This document shows, in pieces, positions 9,045 to 17,708 of a stretch of DNA of 27,750 bases. The DNA is from an uncultured bacterium (GTDB taxonomy: Bacteria > Hydrogenedentota > Hydrogenedentia > Hydrogenedentales > JAEUWI01), in the NCBI GenBank assembly GCA_963977445.1, contig CAXBPH010000073.1:1-27750 (forward strand), written 5' to 3'. The number at the start of each line of letters is the position of its first letter. Position 1 is the stretch's first letter. The notes beneath the pieces were generated by a model. That model was not told the DNA's origin and did not search any database. It saw nothing but the letters and a program-made list of their open reading frames with translations. The position numbers and the translations under genes were made by a program.

Positions 9045-9410
9045 ATGAAAGTCACGGAAACTACATCACTCTTTACCGACGCCTTAGTCACGATGAACGC
9101 CGCCATGGAAGCCAACGAGAACAAGCTCCCCTACTCCCTCTTTGCCAAGGCGGTTAAGAAACTCGACTTTCAGGTGACGGTGGGCGTTGCCGTATATAAA
9201 GATGACCCCGCCACGCCCCACGATTACTACACCGTGTGTTATCACGAGAATTATATCGAGCTCGTAGCCCACGGCAAGGAAAAAGGCATCGATGTGGGCT
9301 GGAAAGTCTCCGAGGCCTATCTGCAGAAACTTCAGGATGACCCGCAGAAATATATCGACAGCCCGGCCCTCCTCGATTGGGACTGGCTCAAATCCCGCCT
9401 GGGCATGTAA
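9045..9410 (+). CDS. Hypothetical protein (121 aa)
   Basis: GGAGG RBS at 9033-9037 favours ATG 9045; globular composition; C-terminal LDWDWLKSRLG. Confidence 0.8.
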   Translation: MKVTETTSLFTDALVTMNAAMEANENKLPYSLFAKAVKKLDFQVTVGVAVYKDDPATPHDYYTVCYHENYIELVAHGKEKGIDVGWKVSEAYLQKLQDDPQKYIDSPALLDWDWLKSRLGM

Positions 9411-9670
9411 TCAGCGGATGGGTTTCTACTGTGTTAGATCTGGGCTGGGTCGGGCTGCTACGGTGACGGGGTTCGAGTTAGTCTCTGGGGAAGGAATGGT
9501 GCGATGCACGAAGAGGGAAAGTCGGCGGACTCTACCCAGTCGGTGTAGCGCACCAAGGCCTTTCGGTCGAGGGCCAATTCCGCGGGCGAGTCCACCTGTT
9601 TGGCGAAGGGACAATACCAGCAGCCGTAGTTGCAGCTTGCCGCGTTCGAAGCGACCTGAAATACTACGAA

Positions 9671-9703
9671 TCGGGCCCGTCGTCTCCGTGACGACGGGCC
9701 CGA
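9671..9703. terminator. Perfect 14-bp hairpin between convergent genes, probable terminator
   Basis: tcgggcccgtcgtc-tccgt-gacgacgggcccga; no strong U-tract. Confidence 0.5.
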
Positions 9704-9758
9704 GTATTGTACGTGCCGATAGGTCTTAGTTGACCCTGTTTTCAGTACTCGTAAAAAC

Positions 9759-11555
9759 TCAGTTTACGGGAATTGGCGTCGGTGAGCGTACACCACCGCG
9801 CTGAAGCACGAGCACTTCCATCGACCCGGATGGGAAACCGCCGTTTGCAGCGGTAAACGCTTCGTCCTCGGTTACCGCGTGGCAGTCCTGGCAGCTATTG
9901 CCCATCGTATTGATGAAGGGCGCACCCGCGTGGACTTGGTCGACGGCCGCATTGGTGACGGGATCAATGTAAACCACACCGTCGGTTGCGTTCTGACCTT
10001 TGAGGAAGTCATCACTCGTAATTCCCGGGAGGAACAAGTTCAGCGCCTTGGGCGGATAGGCCGTTGTGTCGCTGAAATCGGGAAGTGATGCGGCCCCAGT
10101 ACCGGTCATCTTGACCGCCTGAATGTCCGCGTCCCCGCCATCCAGGGAAAGCGAATAGGCGAAGGAAACATAGTGGTCCCGGACGGTGACCATCCCGGTG
10201 TGCACGGCGAAGGCGATGTTGTACATGCCTGCGTCGGCCAGCTGCGTGTCGTCGTCGTTACCGGTGGCGAGGGCACGTTGGATGTTGGAATTCCACCGAC
10301 CGAAGAGCGGGTCGTCCGCTGACGGGACAAACGTGGTGCCAGCGGCACCGATGTCGCCACGGCTACCGACCGTTTGGCGCAAGCGGCGGCGAGGAACGGT
10401 GTCGCCTTCTTGCGGCACATATCCCATCGCGATAGCGTCGGCATAATCGATGCCGACCGCGTTCGGTGCGTTGAGCCCGAGGAACTGTGCAGTTCCATCG
10501 GTGAAGTAACGAATGGGTGAGGTGAATAGATCCTTGAACTGGAAGGCAAATTCGCCGTTGGGCGTCGTCGCCGGATCAAAGACCCACTGGGGTGTATTGT
10601 CATCGAAGGCAGCGGTCGCATAGGGTCCCGTGCCGTCGTCTCCGTGACGGGAACCGCCACCGCTATCCGCTTCGCCATTAATGCGCTGGCCGACCCACTG
10701 GTCGTCCGAGAGTCCGATTGGATTTGCGCGCGCAAGGCGATGGTGCCACAGGTCGAGGCGTCCGCCCATGAACATGTCATCGTCGGGAAGATACTTGTGT
10801 ACTTCGCCGTCCGAGTTACGCCATGAGGGCATGGCTCGGCTATTGTCGTGGCAGGTCAGCATGCACCCGAGCTCTGCGAACATAGGTACGGCGTTGGGAC
10901 CCGTCGGGTCGTCCAACATGAACGTAACCCGCGACTCGTAGATCGTTGAATTGACACTGGTGGAACCCCGGGCGGAGTCATTGTCTATCGAGGCCTGGCC
11001 GTCGCGTCGCGGGCCGCCTTCGCGCTGCCATGCGCCATTGGTGTAGCGAAAGTAATCGTGGGTGTCGCCCTTGTCACCTTCCCAGCTCATCTGGAAGAAC
11101 ATGGTGTCGTCGTTGTAGGCCGCCTGAACGGTGAACGGCAGTGTCATGGCCTTTTCCGTGTCCAAGCCCTGAAGCGTTGGCGAAAGATCGGGGGCCGCCG
11201 CGACAACAACATAAGCGGTCTTGGTCTCGGCATCCGAACCAACCGACGTGGTGACCGTGAGGGCTACCGTATAGCTGCCCGCCGCAGCATAGGTATGGGA
11301 AGGATTACGGTCGGTGCTGGTTTCGCTGTCGCCGAAATTCCAAGCCCAAGCCGTGATGGCCTCGGTTCCCGAGGCGGAACTGTCGTTAAACTGCACGACG
11401 AGTGGCGCTGTTCCGGTTACAGGTGCCCCGCTGAAGGCCGCCGTGGGGCCGGTTTTCGTGGGCTCGGGTGTTACTGTCGGACAGCCGGTGAGCACGGCGG
11501 CAAACAACGCCACTGCACTCGCAGCCCCTATCCATTTCTTGAATCTGGTAAACAT
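9759..11555 (-). CDS. Lipoprotein with PKD domain and ethylbenzene-dehydrogenase-like (EB_dh) cytochrome domain
   Basis: Signal peptide with lipobox LTG-C25; PKD motif AWAWNFGD...NPSHTY; EB_dh-like VQAAYNDDTMFFQMSW, DLWHHR and AFAVH; heme motifs CMLTCH and CQDCH. Start moved to ATG 11555. Confidence 0.8.
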   Translation of the reverse strand: MFTRFKKWIGAASAVALFAAVLTGCPTVTPEPTKTGPTAAFSGAPVTGTAPLVVQFNDSSASGTEAITAWAWNFGDSETSTDRNPSHTYAAAGSYTVALTVTTSVGSDAETKTAYVVVAAAPDLSPTLQGLDTEKAMTLPFTVQAAYNDDTMFFQMSWEGDKGDTHDYFRYTNGAWQREGGPRRDGQASIDNDSARGSTSVNSTIYESRVTFMLDDPTGPNAVPMFAELGCMLTCHDNSRAMPSWRNSDGEVHKYLPDDDMFMGGRLDLWHHRLARANPIGLSDDQWVGQRINGEADSGGGSRHGDDGTGPYATAAFDDNTPQWVFDPATTPNGEFAFQFKDLFTSPIRYFTDGTAQFLGLNAPNAVGIDYADAIAMGYVPQEGDTVPRRRLRQTVGSRGDIGAAGTTFVPSADDPLFGRWNSNIQRALATGNDDDTQLADAGMYNIAFAVHTGMVTVRDHYVSFAYSLSLDGGDADIQAVKMTGTGAASLPDFSDTTAYPPKALNLFLPGITSDDFLKGQNATDGVVYIDPVTNAAVDQVHAGAPFINTMGNSCQDCHAVTEDEAFTAANGGFPSGSMEVLVLQRGGVRSPTPIPVN

Positions 11556-12328
11556 GATACTCACTTCCCTTTCTGTTGCCGCCCGCAGAGTCATTTCCGC
11601 AAGCAATCTATCCACAACTAGAAGGGAGCAAGAATCACTCCAAAACATGACAACAAATGAAAAAGAATACTGCACCAGACTTACGTCATATTTTACGAGC
11701 ATATTATTAGATTCGTTGGGGCACTTCGACCGGCACACAGGCCGGGGAGTTCAGCGGTCATATCTCTATTGTGGACATTAGTGTCCTGTTTTTATATCAA
11801 ATATGTTCAAAACCTCTCGGCGCACTCTGGATGATAATACTATCATTGCACCTGTCGCTGTCGTCGGTTGCTCACGGCCGCCCAAACTATTGGACAGTCC
11901 AGCACTCAGGATACCCCTTTACTCAGATAAAACCGAGTACAGGAAAATTGGCAGAACTCGCCATTGGATCCACCCCTGACGGTGAATGTGTGTAACTTGA
12001 AGACGCCTATCCCCGCCGGACCACCTGTCCTGCGCGCAAGACCTGATTGGCCATGGGCGCACTCGCGGCAGAAGGAACGTCTGTCTCAACCGGCGCATTG
12101 GGCGCTTGGCGCCTGCGAATACACTCCAGCCAATTGATGCGGTGTAATCGCCCCTCATTGGGATTGGTATAAACATCCGCGCCACGAGGCCCCTTCCCTA
12201 GGATATGGACACATCATCGCCCTAAAAATTTCGGATACCGAGCCCCGCCTGCGTGGCTTCACCCAAGTCGACCGAGGCATACACGACAACCAACCAGAAA
12301 CAAGTCTTCCGTAGCTTTCACCGAACTA

Positions 12329-12363
12329 CACGGGCGAGCCCCAACGGGCTTGACCGTGGCACC
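12329..12363. repeat. REP-like hairpin upstream of thrS
   Basis: cacgggcgagccc-caac-gggcttgaccgtg followed by gcaccc. Confidence 0.45.
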
Positions 12364-12583
12364 CAAAGATCAGTCTTCGATTCACATCGGTAACTTGAAG
12401 CGTAGGCAAAGCCCCATATTCTAAATTCACCATTCACCATTCAAAATGCGCATGGTCGATGGACATAAGAAGGCCAATCTTGCTATTCTAAGGCCTTACC
12501 AGACGCCCTTTTATCGCATGCCGTGCGCCCGTTGGCCCACCGTCATTGCGCACAGATTCAGACGACCCGACAGGACTTCCACC

Positions 12584-14410
12584 ATGTGCAGTCATCCCGT
12601 TGACGACCCGAAACAGACTTTTATCTATAAACTGCGCCACTCCCTGGCCCATATCATGGCCCAGGCCGTGTTGGAAATCCGCCCCAAGGCCAAAATGGCC
12701 TTCGGTCCCCCCGTGGAGTTCGGCTTCTACTATGATTTCGATTTTGGCGACCAGCCCATCGGCGAACGCGACCTGGAACAAATCGAAAATGGCATGCGCC
12801 GTATCATCAAGGAAAAGCAGCCCTTCGAGCAGTCCTATAAGACCCTCGACGAGGCCACTGCCCTCCTCACCGGCACGGACCAGAACTATAAGATCGAGTA
12901 TGCTCAGGAACTCGTGGAATCCGGGCGCGCGGGCGATGAAGGCCTCGGATTTTATGTGAACGGCCCCTTCATCGACATGTGCGAAGGTCCCCATCTGGAG
13001 CACACGGGCGAAGTGCCCAAGGCCTGCTTCAAGCTCGACCGCATCTCGGGCAGCTATTGGCGTGGCGATGAGAAAAACCCCATGCTCACCCGCATCTATG
13101 GCCTCGCCTTTGAGTCCAAGGGCGGCCTGAAGGAATTCATCGAGCGCCGTCAACTCGCCATGGAGCGGGATCACCGCAAACTGGGCGAAGAGCTCGACCT
13201 CTTCTTTATGGACGCCGAGGTCGGTGTGGGCCTGCCCATGTGGATGCCCAACGGTGCCGTCGTTCGCGATGAACTCGAATCCTGGGCCCGGGAAGTGGAA
13301 TTCAAAGCGGGCTTCAAACGGGTCAGTACCCCCGCCATCACCCGCAAAGAGCTCTACATCAAATCGGGCCACCTGCCCTACTATGCGGAAGACATGTATC
13401 CCCCCATGCAGGTGGATGAAAACGACGAATATTACCTCCGCCCCATGAACTGCCCCCACCACCACAAAATCTATGCCGCACGGCCCCGCTCCTACCGCGA
13501 GCTGCCCCTGCGCCTGGCGGAATATGGCAACACCTACCGCTATGAAAAACACGGCTCCCTGGCGGGACTGCTCCGCGTTCGCGCCATGTGCATGAACGAC
13601 GCCCACATCTATTGCACCCCCGAGCAGGTGGAGCAGGAATTCCGCTCGGTCATGGCCATGTATGACCTCTACTACAACCACCTCCGCATGGGCAGCTTCC
13701 GCGTCCGCCTTTCCCTCCACGATCCCGCTTCGGAAAAGTTCGTGGGTAAGACCGACGAATGGCTCAAGACCGAAGCCATCGTCCGCGAGGTGCTCAACAA
13801 CCTCGGCGTCGACTATGAAGAAGAAAAGGGCGAAGCCGCCTTCTACGGACCCAAAATCGACATCCAGGTGAAAAACCTCATGGGCCGCGAAGAGACCGTG
13901 TCCACCTGCCAGCTCGACTTCGTCGTCGCCGAACGCTTCGGCCTCGAATACGTCGACTCCGACGGCGAACGCAAGGTGCCCTTCATCATCCACCGGGCCC
14001 CCCTGAGCACCCACGAACGCATGATCAGCTTCCTCATTGAACTCTACGGTGGTGCCTTCCCCACCTGGATGGCTCCCCTCCAGGTCCAGCTCATCCCTGT
14101 GAACGACGACGTGGCCGACTACGCCGAAGAGATCGCCGACGAGCTCCGCGACAACCTCTTCCGCGCCGAAATCGACTACAGCAACGAGAGTTTTAATAAG
14201 AAGATCCGCAACGCCATCACCCACAAGATCCCCAACCTGTGGATCATCGGTGGCAAAGAAAAAGAAAACCGCACCATCACCTGGCGTCGCTATTGCAGCA
14301 AGCAGCAGAAGACGGTAGACATCGGCGACGCCCACATGGCCCTCGAGCGCCTGCGCGGTGAGCGGATGATGGATAACTTTGAAGATGTGGAGTTGCCGCT
14401 CGGGGAGTAG
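12584..14410 (+). CDS. thrS: Threonine--tRNA ligase (no N-terminal TGS domain)
   Basis: HSLAH editing motif, DMCEGPH, RDHRKLG, RPMNCPHH, YRYE, AFYGPKID, QLDF, IIHRA; anticodon-binding domain. Start at ATG 12584 with an AGGA RBS. Confidence 0.97.
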   Translation: MCSHPVDDPKQTFIYKLRHSLAHIMAQAVLEIRPKAKMAFGPPVEFGFYYDFDFGDQPIGERDLEQIENGMRRIIKEKQPFEQSYKTLDEATALLTGTDQNYKIEYAQELVESGRAGDEGLGFYVNGPFIDMCEGPHLEHTGEVPKACFKLDRISGSYWRGDEKNPMLTRIYGLAFESKGGLKEFIERRQLAMERDHRKLGEELDLFFMDAEVGVGLPMWMPNGAVVRDELESWAREVEFKAGFKRVSTPAITRKELYIKSGHLPYYAEDMYPPMQVDENDEYYLRPMNCPHHHKIYAARPRSYRELPLRLAEYGNTYRYEKHGSLAGLLRVRAMCMNDAHIYCTPEQVEQEFRSVMAMYDLYYNHLRMGSFRVRLSLHDPASEKFVGKTDEWLKTEAIVREVLNNLGVDYEEEKGEAAFYGPKIDIQVKNLMGREETVSTCQLDFVVAERFGLEYVDSDGERKVPFIIHRAPLSTHERMISFLIELYGGAFPTWMAPLQVQLIPVNDDVADYAEEIADELRDNLFRAEIDYSNESFNKKIRNAITHKIPNLWIIGGKEKENRTITWRRYCSKQQKTVDIGDAHMALERLRGERMMDNFEDVELPLGE

Positions 14411-14442
14411 GGAACGAATTAGAAGACAGTGTGCATACAACG

Positions 14443-14469
14443 AAGCCCGGCCATGCGCCGGGCTTTTTT
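14443..14469 (+). terminator. Intrinsic terminator of thrS
   Basis: aagcccggc-catgc-gccgggctt followed by a T-run. Confidence 0.85.
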
Positions 14470-14485
14470 CTTTGCGGGGACCAGA

Positions 14486-14850
14486 ACCACGAATGAACGT
14501 AGAGCAGCCGATGGCCGCAACGGAAAACAAATTCTAAACCACGAAGATACGAAGAGCACGAAGGGAAGAAAACGTTGGGCGTGTCCAACAGGGGGTTGAC
14601 CGTTCCCACGCTCTGCTTGGCGATTTGGCGAGAGGCCTACGCACACACCAAGGCCCACTCTATCCGCGCGAAGTCCATTCCGAAGCAGAGCTTCGAGGCA
14701 TGCATTCCCAAGCAGAGCTTGGGAACGAGAGGTAATAGGGTCGTGCCGCGCGATCACGGGGAACGAGGGAAGACGTAACGCGTTGGGACGCATTACGGCG
14801 CGCCCGACCAATCGCACCCCAATTCGTGACCAGTTGCGTTCATTCGTGGT
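14486..14850. repeat. Nested palindromic element (same outer arms as 1423-1761) enclosing a REP-like doublet
   Basis: accacgaatgaacg (14486-14499) has a perfect reverse complement at 14837-14850; inner arms cgttcccacgctctgcttgg (14601-14620) / ccaagcagagcttgggaacg (14708-14727). Confidence 0.7.
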
Positions 14851-15266
14851 CCAGTAATGCTACGTCCCAGACCGCGTGCCCCCCAAGATGGGGGATTCCC
14901 CCGTGTCGAGGCGCACTGATCTCCGGGTGCCCCTACCGCAGCCAAGACCGGCGTAGCGTGATGGGGGTAGATCTCCGGAAACTGGGCGAAGACGACCTCC
15001 CAGGCCTCCGGGATGGGGTCCGGCGAGGGAGCGCCCTGCGTCGCGGGTTCCGGGACTGGGACTTCCGCGATCGGGACCTCCCGGATCTCGGGTTGCGGGG
15101 TTGTAGCTTGCGGGGGAGGGGGAAGCACAGCGGGAGCGGTGGCTTCCGGCCGGGGGCGGCGGAGACTCTCCAGGGGCGTGGCCCGTGCGCGGCGCTGCGC
15201 CTCGGTCAGTTTGGGGACATAAAGTTTCGCGTTGTAGCGTGGGTCATAAGGGCGGTTGGCAGGCAT
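14793..15266 (-). CDS. Proline-rich hypothetical protein; C-terminus runs into a repeat element
   Basis: GGAGG RBS upstream of ATG 15266; low-complexity P/E/A/T linker; no recognisable domain. Confidence 0.45.
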   Translation of the reverse strand: MPANRPYDPRYNAKLYVPKLTEAQRRARATPLESLRRPRPEATAPAVLPPPPQATTPQPEIREVPIAEVPVPEPATQGAPSPDPIPEAWEVVFAQFPEIYPHHATPVLAAVGAPGDQCASTRGNPPSWGARGLGRSITGPRMNATGHELGCDWSGAP

Positions 15267-15444
15267 GGTGTTTTTCCTCCATTGGAATGAGTCCGGGTTC
15301 GGAGAGCGGTGATGAAGCTCCCTCTATTCATTGTGCGCGGACGTTGCCATTCTTTTTTGGGGGAAAGCATCGCGATGGGGGGATTTATGTGAATTTGAGG
15401 GGGAAGGTGGGTTGGGGCAGTGGGAGCTGAAGCCTCTCCTGGAG

Positions 15445-15510
15445 CTGGAGCACCTACGGGGCGAGCGGATGAAGGATAACTTTGAGGATGTGGCGTTGCC
15501 GCTGATGGAG
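15445..15510 (+). pseudogene. Diverged duplicate of the thrS 3' end
   Basis: 55/66 nt identical to 14342-14407; encodes LEHLRGERMKDNFEDVALPLME versus LERLRGERMMDNFEDVELPLGE. Confidence 0.85.
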
Positions 15511-15541
15511 CACCGTCAATCGAAAAGCATTGAATTATAGT

Positions 15542-15608
15542 GCCGCGAAAGAACGCAAAGAACACAAAGAAATAGGGCTTCTTTGTGCTCCATGCGCTCT
15601 TTTGCGGC
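15542..15608. repeat. Long imperfect hairpin unit, copy 1
   Basis: gccgcgaaagaacgcaaagaacacaaagaa...ttctttgtgctccatgcgctcttttgcggc. Confidence 0.85.
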
Positions 15609-15642
15609 CAAGATGTTTCTGGCGATGATGGTCGGGACCCGT

Positions 15643-16101
15643 CTATCGCCAAAGTGATGGAAGTAGCGCGGCAATCCCAAGGAGTAAGGAGGTTACGATG
15701 CCACCGGTACCCCAGCCGCCGCTTCGGTCTCCCCTACTCAATGCGTATTTCTTGATATAGAACTTATAGGAGCCAAAATTGATTAATACGCCGTGTTCCT
15801 TGCGCGACGATTTGAGGTAACCGAGAAGCTGGGCAATGTGCTCCGGTGCCGTCGTCCGCACCGCTTTTAATTCGACGATGAGTTCCCCTTCTACCAGGAG
15901 ATCGGCCATGTACTCCCCAATCACGGTGCCATCTTCGTCGTAGACCTTCATGGGATATTGCTGCTCCACCGCCAGCCCCGCATTGCGCAACCGATGGGCA
16001 AGCGCGTTCTCATAGACCTTTTCGAGATGGCCATGGCCGTGGTAAACATGGATGGCGTAGGCGGTTTGACGGACTTGGTCACACAGGGCGTTGATGTTCA
16101 C
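15643..16101 (-). CDS. GxxExxY protein (PD-(D/E)XK nuclease-like family)
   Basis: GHLEKVY signature, ADLLVEGELIVELKAV, AQLLGYLK, GVLINFG; GTG start with a GGGAG RBS. Confidence 0.92.
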   Translation of the reverse strand: MNINALCDQVRQTAYAIHVYHGHGHLEKVYENALAHRLRNAGLAVEQQYPMKVYDEDGTVIGEYMADLLVEGELIVELKAVRTTAPEHIAQLLGYLKSSRKEHGVLINFGSYKFYIKKYALSRGDRSGGWGTGGIVTSLLLGIAALLPSLWR

Positions 16102-16212
16102 GGTTCTTTCTCCCTCACGTTGCCAAATGTTCTATACGAGACGCACATAGTTGCTCCGTCCTATATTAGTGGTACTTGGCAATTTTGGCAACCCCTTACA
16201 CCGATTTTTATA

Positions 16213-16281
16213 GCCGCGAAAGAGCGCAAAGAACACAAAGAAAAAAATGGCTTTTTTGTGCTCTATGTGTTCTCTTGCGGC
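16213..16281. repeat. Long imperfect hairpin unit, copy 2 (within an approximately 130-bp repeat starting near 16162)
   Basis: gccgcgaaagagcgcaaagaacacaaagaa...ttttgtgctctatgtgttctcttgcggc; upstream flank ttagtggtacttg...tggcaacc is shared with copy 3. Confidence 0.85.
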
Positions 16282-16295
16282 CAACATGTTTCTCA

Positions 16296-16349
16296 CGACG
16301 ATGAGTTCCCCTTCGACCAGCAGAGCGGCCATATACTCCCCAATCACGG
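16296..16349 (-). pseudogene. Internal fragment of a GxxExxY gene
   Basis: 50/54 nt identical to 15873-15926; VIGEYMAALLVEGELIV versus VIGEYMADLLVEGELIV. Confidence 0.85.
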
Positions 16350-16441
16350 GGCCGAAGCCTGTCTATTCGATTTACCTTGGTGTTCCATCCAATGTTAGTG
16401 GTACTTGCTGGTTCTGGCAACCTCTTTGCCAACTTTTTATG

Positions 16442-16506
16442 GCCGCGAAAGAGCGCAAGGAACGCAAAAAAACGACTTCTTTGTGCTCTATGCGTTCTCT
16501 TGCGGC
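16442..16506. repeat. Long imperfect hairpin unit, copy 3
   Basis: gccgcgaaagagcgcaaggaacgcaaaaaa...ttctttgtgctctatgcgttctcttgcggc. Confidence 0.85.
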
Positions 16507-16903
16507 TCAAATGCTACTGCCAGCGATGGAGATCATGCCAAAATGCACGCTCTGCCTGTAAGATCACGGGCTCTCCAAGGCTCGGAAACAGGGGCGAGAA
16601 CCGGACACTCCCAAGTGACGCGCGTGCCCTGCGGGGTTGACGTGGGCCTTGCCTCGGACAGGAATGTCCAAGATCCTTATGTCGGCCTTGTCTCCGTGAT
16701 GCTAGGCTCCTCGTTCAATGCATGGGACGGACTTTCAGCCCTTGAATGAAAGAAGGACCATTTTCCTGGACCGCTGGCCCCGACTGTATTAATGTTGATA
16801 TCTATCATGTTGAAACGCAGGATTCGGCAGCGCTATGATTTGCTGTCGGGAATTGATGCGTTGAGACTCAGCCACCCCGAATCCAAGAGAAAGGAATCAC
16901 GCC

Positions 16904-17683
16904 ATGAATGCTACCCGGACAAAGTCACTCAATACACCCCAGGCGGTGGGCCATGCTTCGAAGGACCTTGCGCGTTATTTTTATTCCGGGGCGGCCCTCT
17001 TGCTTTTCTTGTTAATGTTTCTTGGGTTTCAGCAGTTCTATGTCCACGGCAAGGCTTACCCTGGCCGGGAGCTCACGCCACCCATACGCACGCTAATCAT
17101 CCTCCACGGTGTCGCCATGTCCACGTGGATGTTGTTGTTTGTGGCCCAGCCCCTGTTGATCGCGTCGGGTAACCGTCGTGTTCATATGACGTTGGGAAAA
17201 GTCGGTGCGGGCCTGACGGTGGTGGTGGTTTTTCTCGGTCTGCGGCTGGGTATCGAATCTGCCCGGGTAAACCCGCCGGACCTCTTGCTGTGGGGTTTGA
17301 CGCCCCCCCAGTTTATGGCCGTATCCGTCATCAGTATCACGATGTTTGGCACGCTGGTGGCCGTCGCCATCTGGAAACGGCGACAGCCGGAGCTCCACCG
17401 CCCCATGATGCTCTTGGCTGTGCTGGCCGCGATGCCGGCCGCGATGGATCGCATTGACCCCATAAAATCCCTCTATGCCGAGACGGTTTTTGGGACCATC
17501 TGGGGCCCCTTCTTCAGCACGCTGGTCGTCGGCCTGTTCCTCGTTGGGCTGCATTGGACGTTAACGCGCAAGTTAAGCCGTCCGCTGGCCATCGGATACG
17601 CAGGGCTTGTCCTCATGGGGGCCATCATCATGCGCCTGGCGCCAAGCGGGTTATGGGAAAGCTTCACGAATTTTCTGTTGTAG
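16904..17683 (+). CDS. Polytopic membrane protein of unknown function
   Basis: AAGGA RBS; about 7 hydrophobic segments; His residues in ILHG, VHMTLG and LHRPMMLLA. Confidence 0.85.
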   Translation: MNATRTKSLNTPQAVGHASKDLARYFYSGAALLLFLLMFLGFQQFYVHGKAYPGRELTPPIRTLIILHGVAMSTWMLLFVAQPLLIASGNRRVHMTLGKVGAGLTVVVVFLGLRLGIESARVNPPDLLLWGLTPPQFMAVSVISITMFGTLVAVAIWKRRQPELHRPMMLLAVLAAMPAAMDRIDPIKSLYAETVFGTIWGPFFSTLVVGLFLVGLHWTLTRKLSRPLAIGYAGLVLMGAIIMRLAPSGLWESFTNFLL

Positions 17684-17708
17684 ATTTGCGGCATCAAGGA
17701 TCTCGGTG

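Noticed and set aside
9440..9500. GGTTCGAG resembling a tRNA T-loop
   Set aside because: No T-stem pairing, acceptor stem or cloverleaf could be built
12350..12365. TGGCACC resembling a T-box antiterminator bulge upstream of thrS
   Set aside because: No stem I/specifier loop or downstream terminator visible; better explained as the end of a REP-like hairpin
12488..14530. 680-aa minus-strand ORF
   Set aside because: Antisense shadow of thrS
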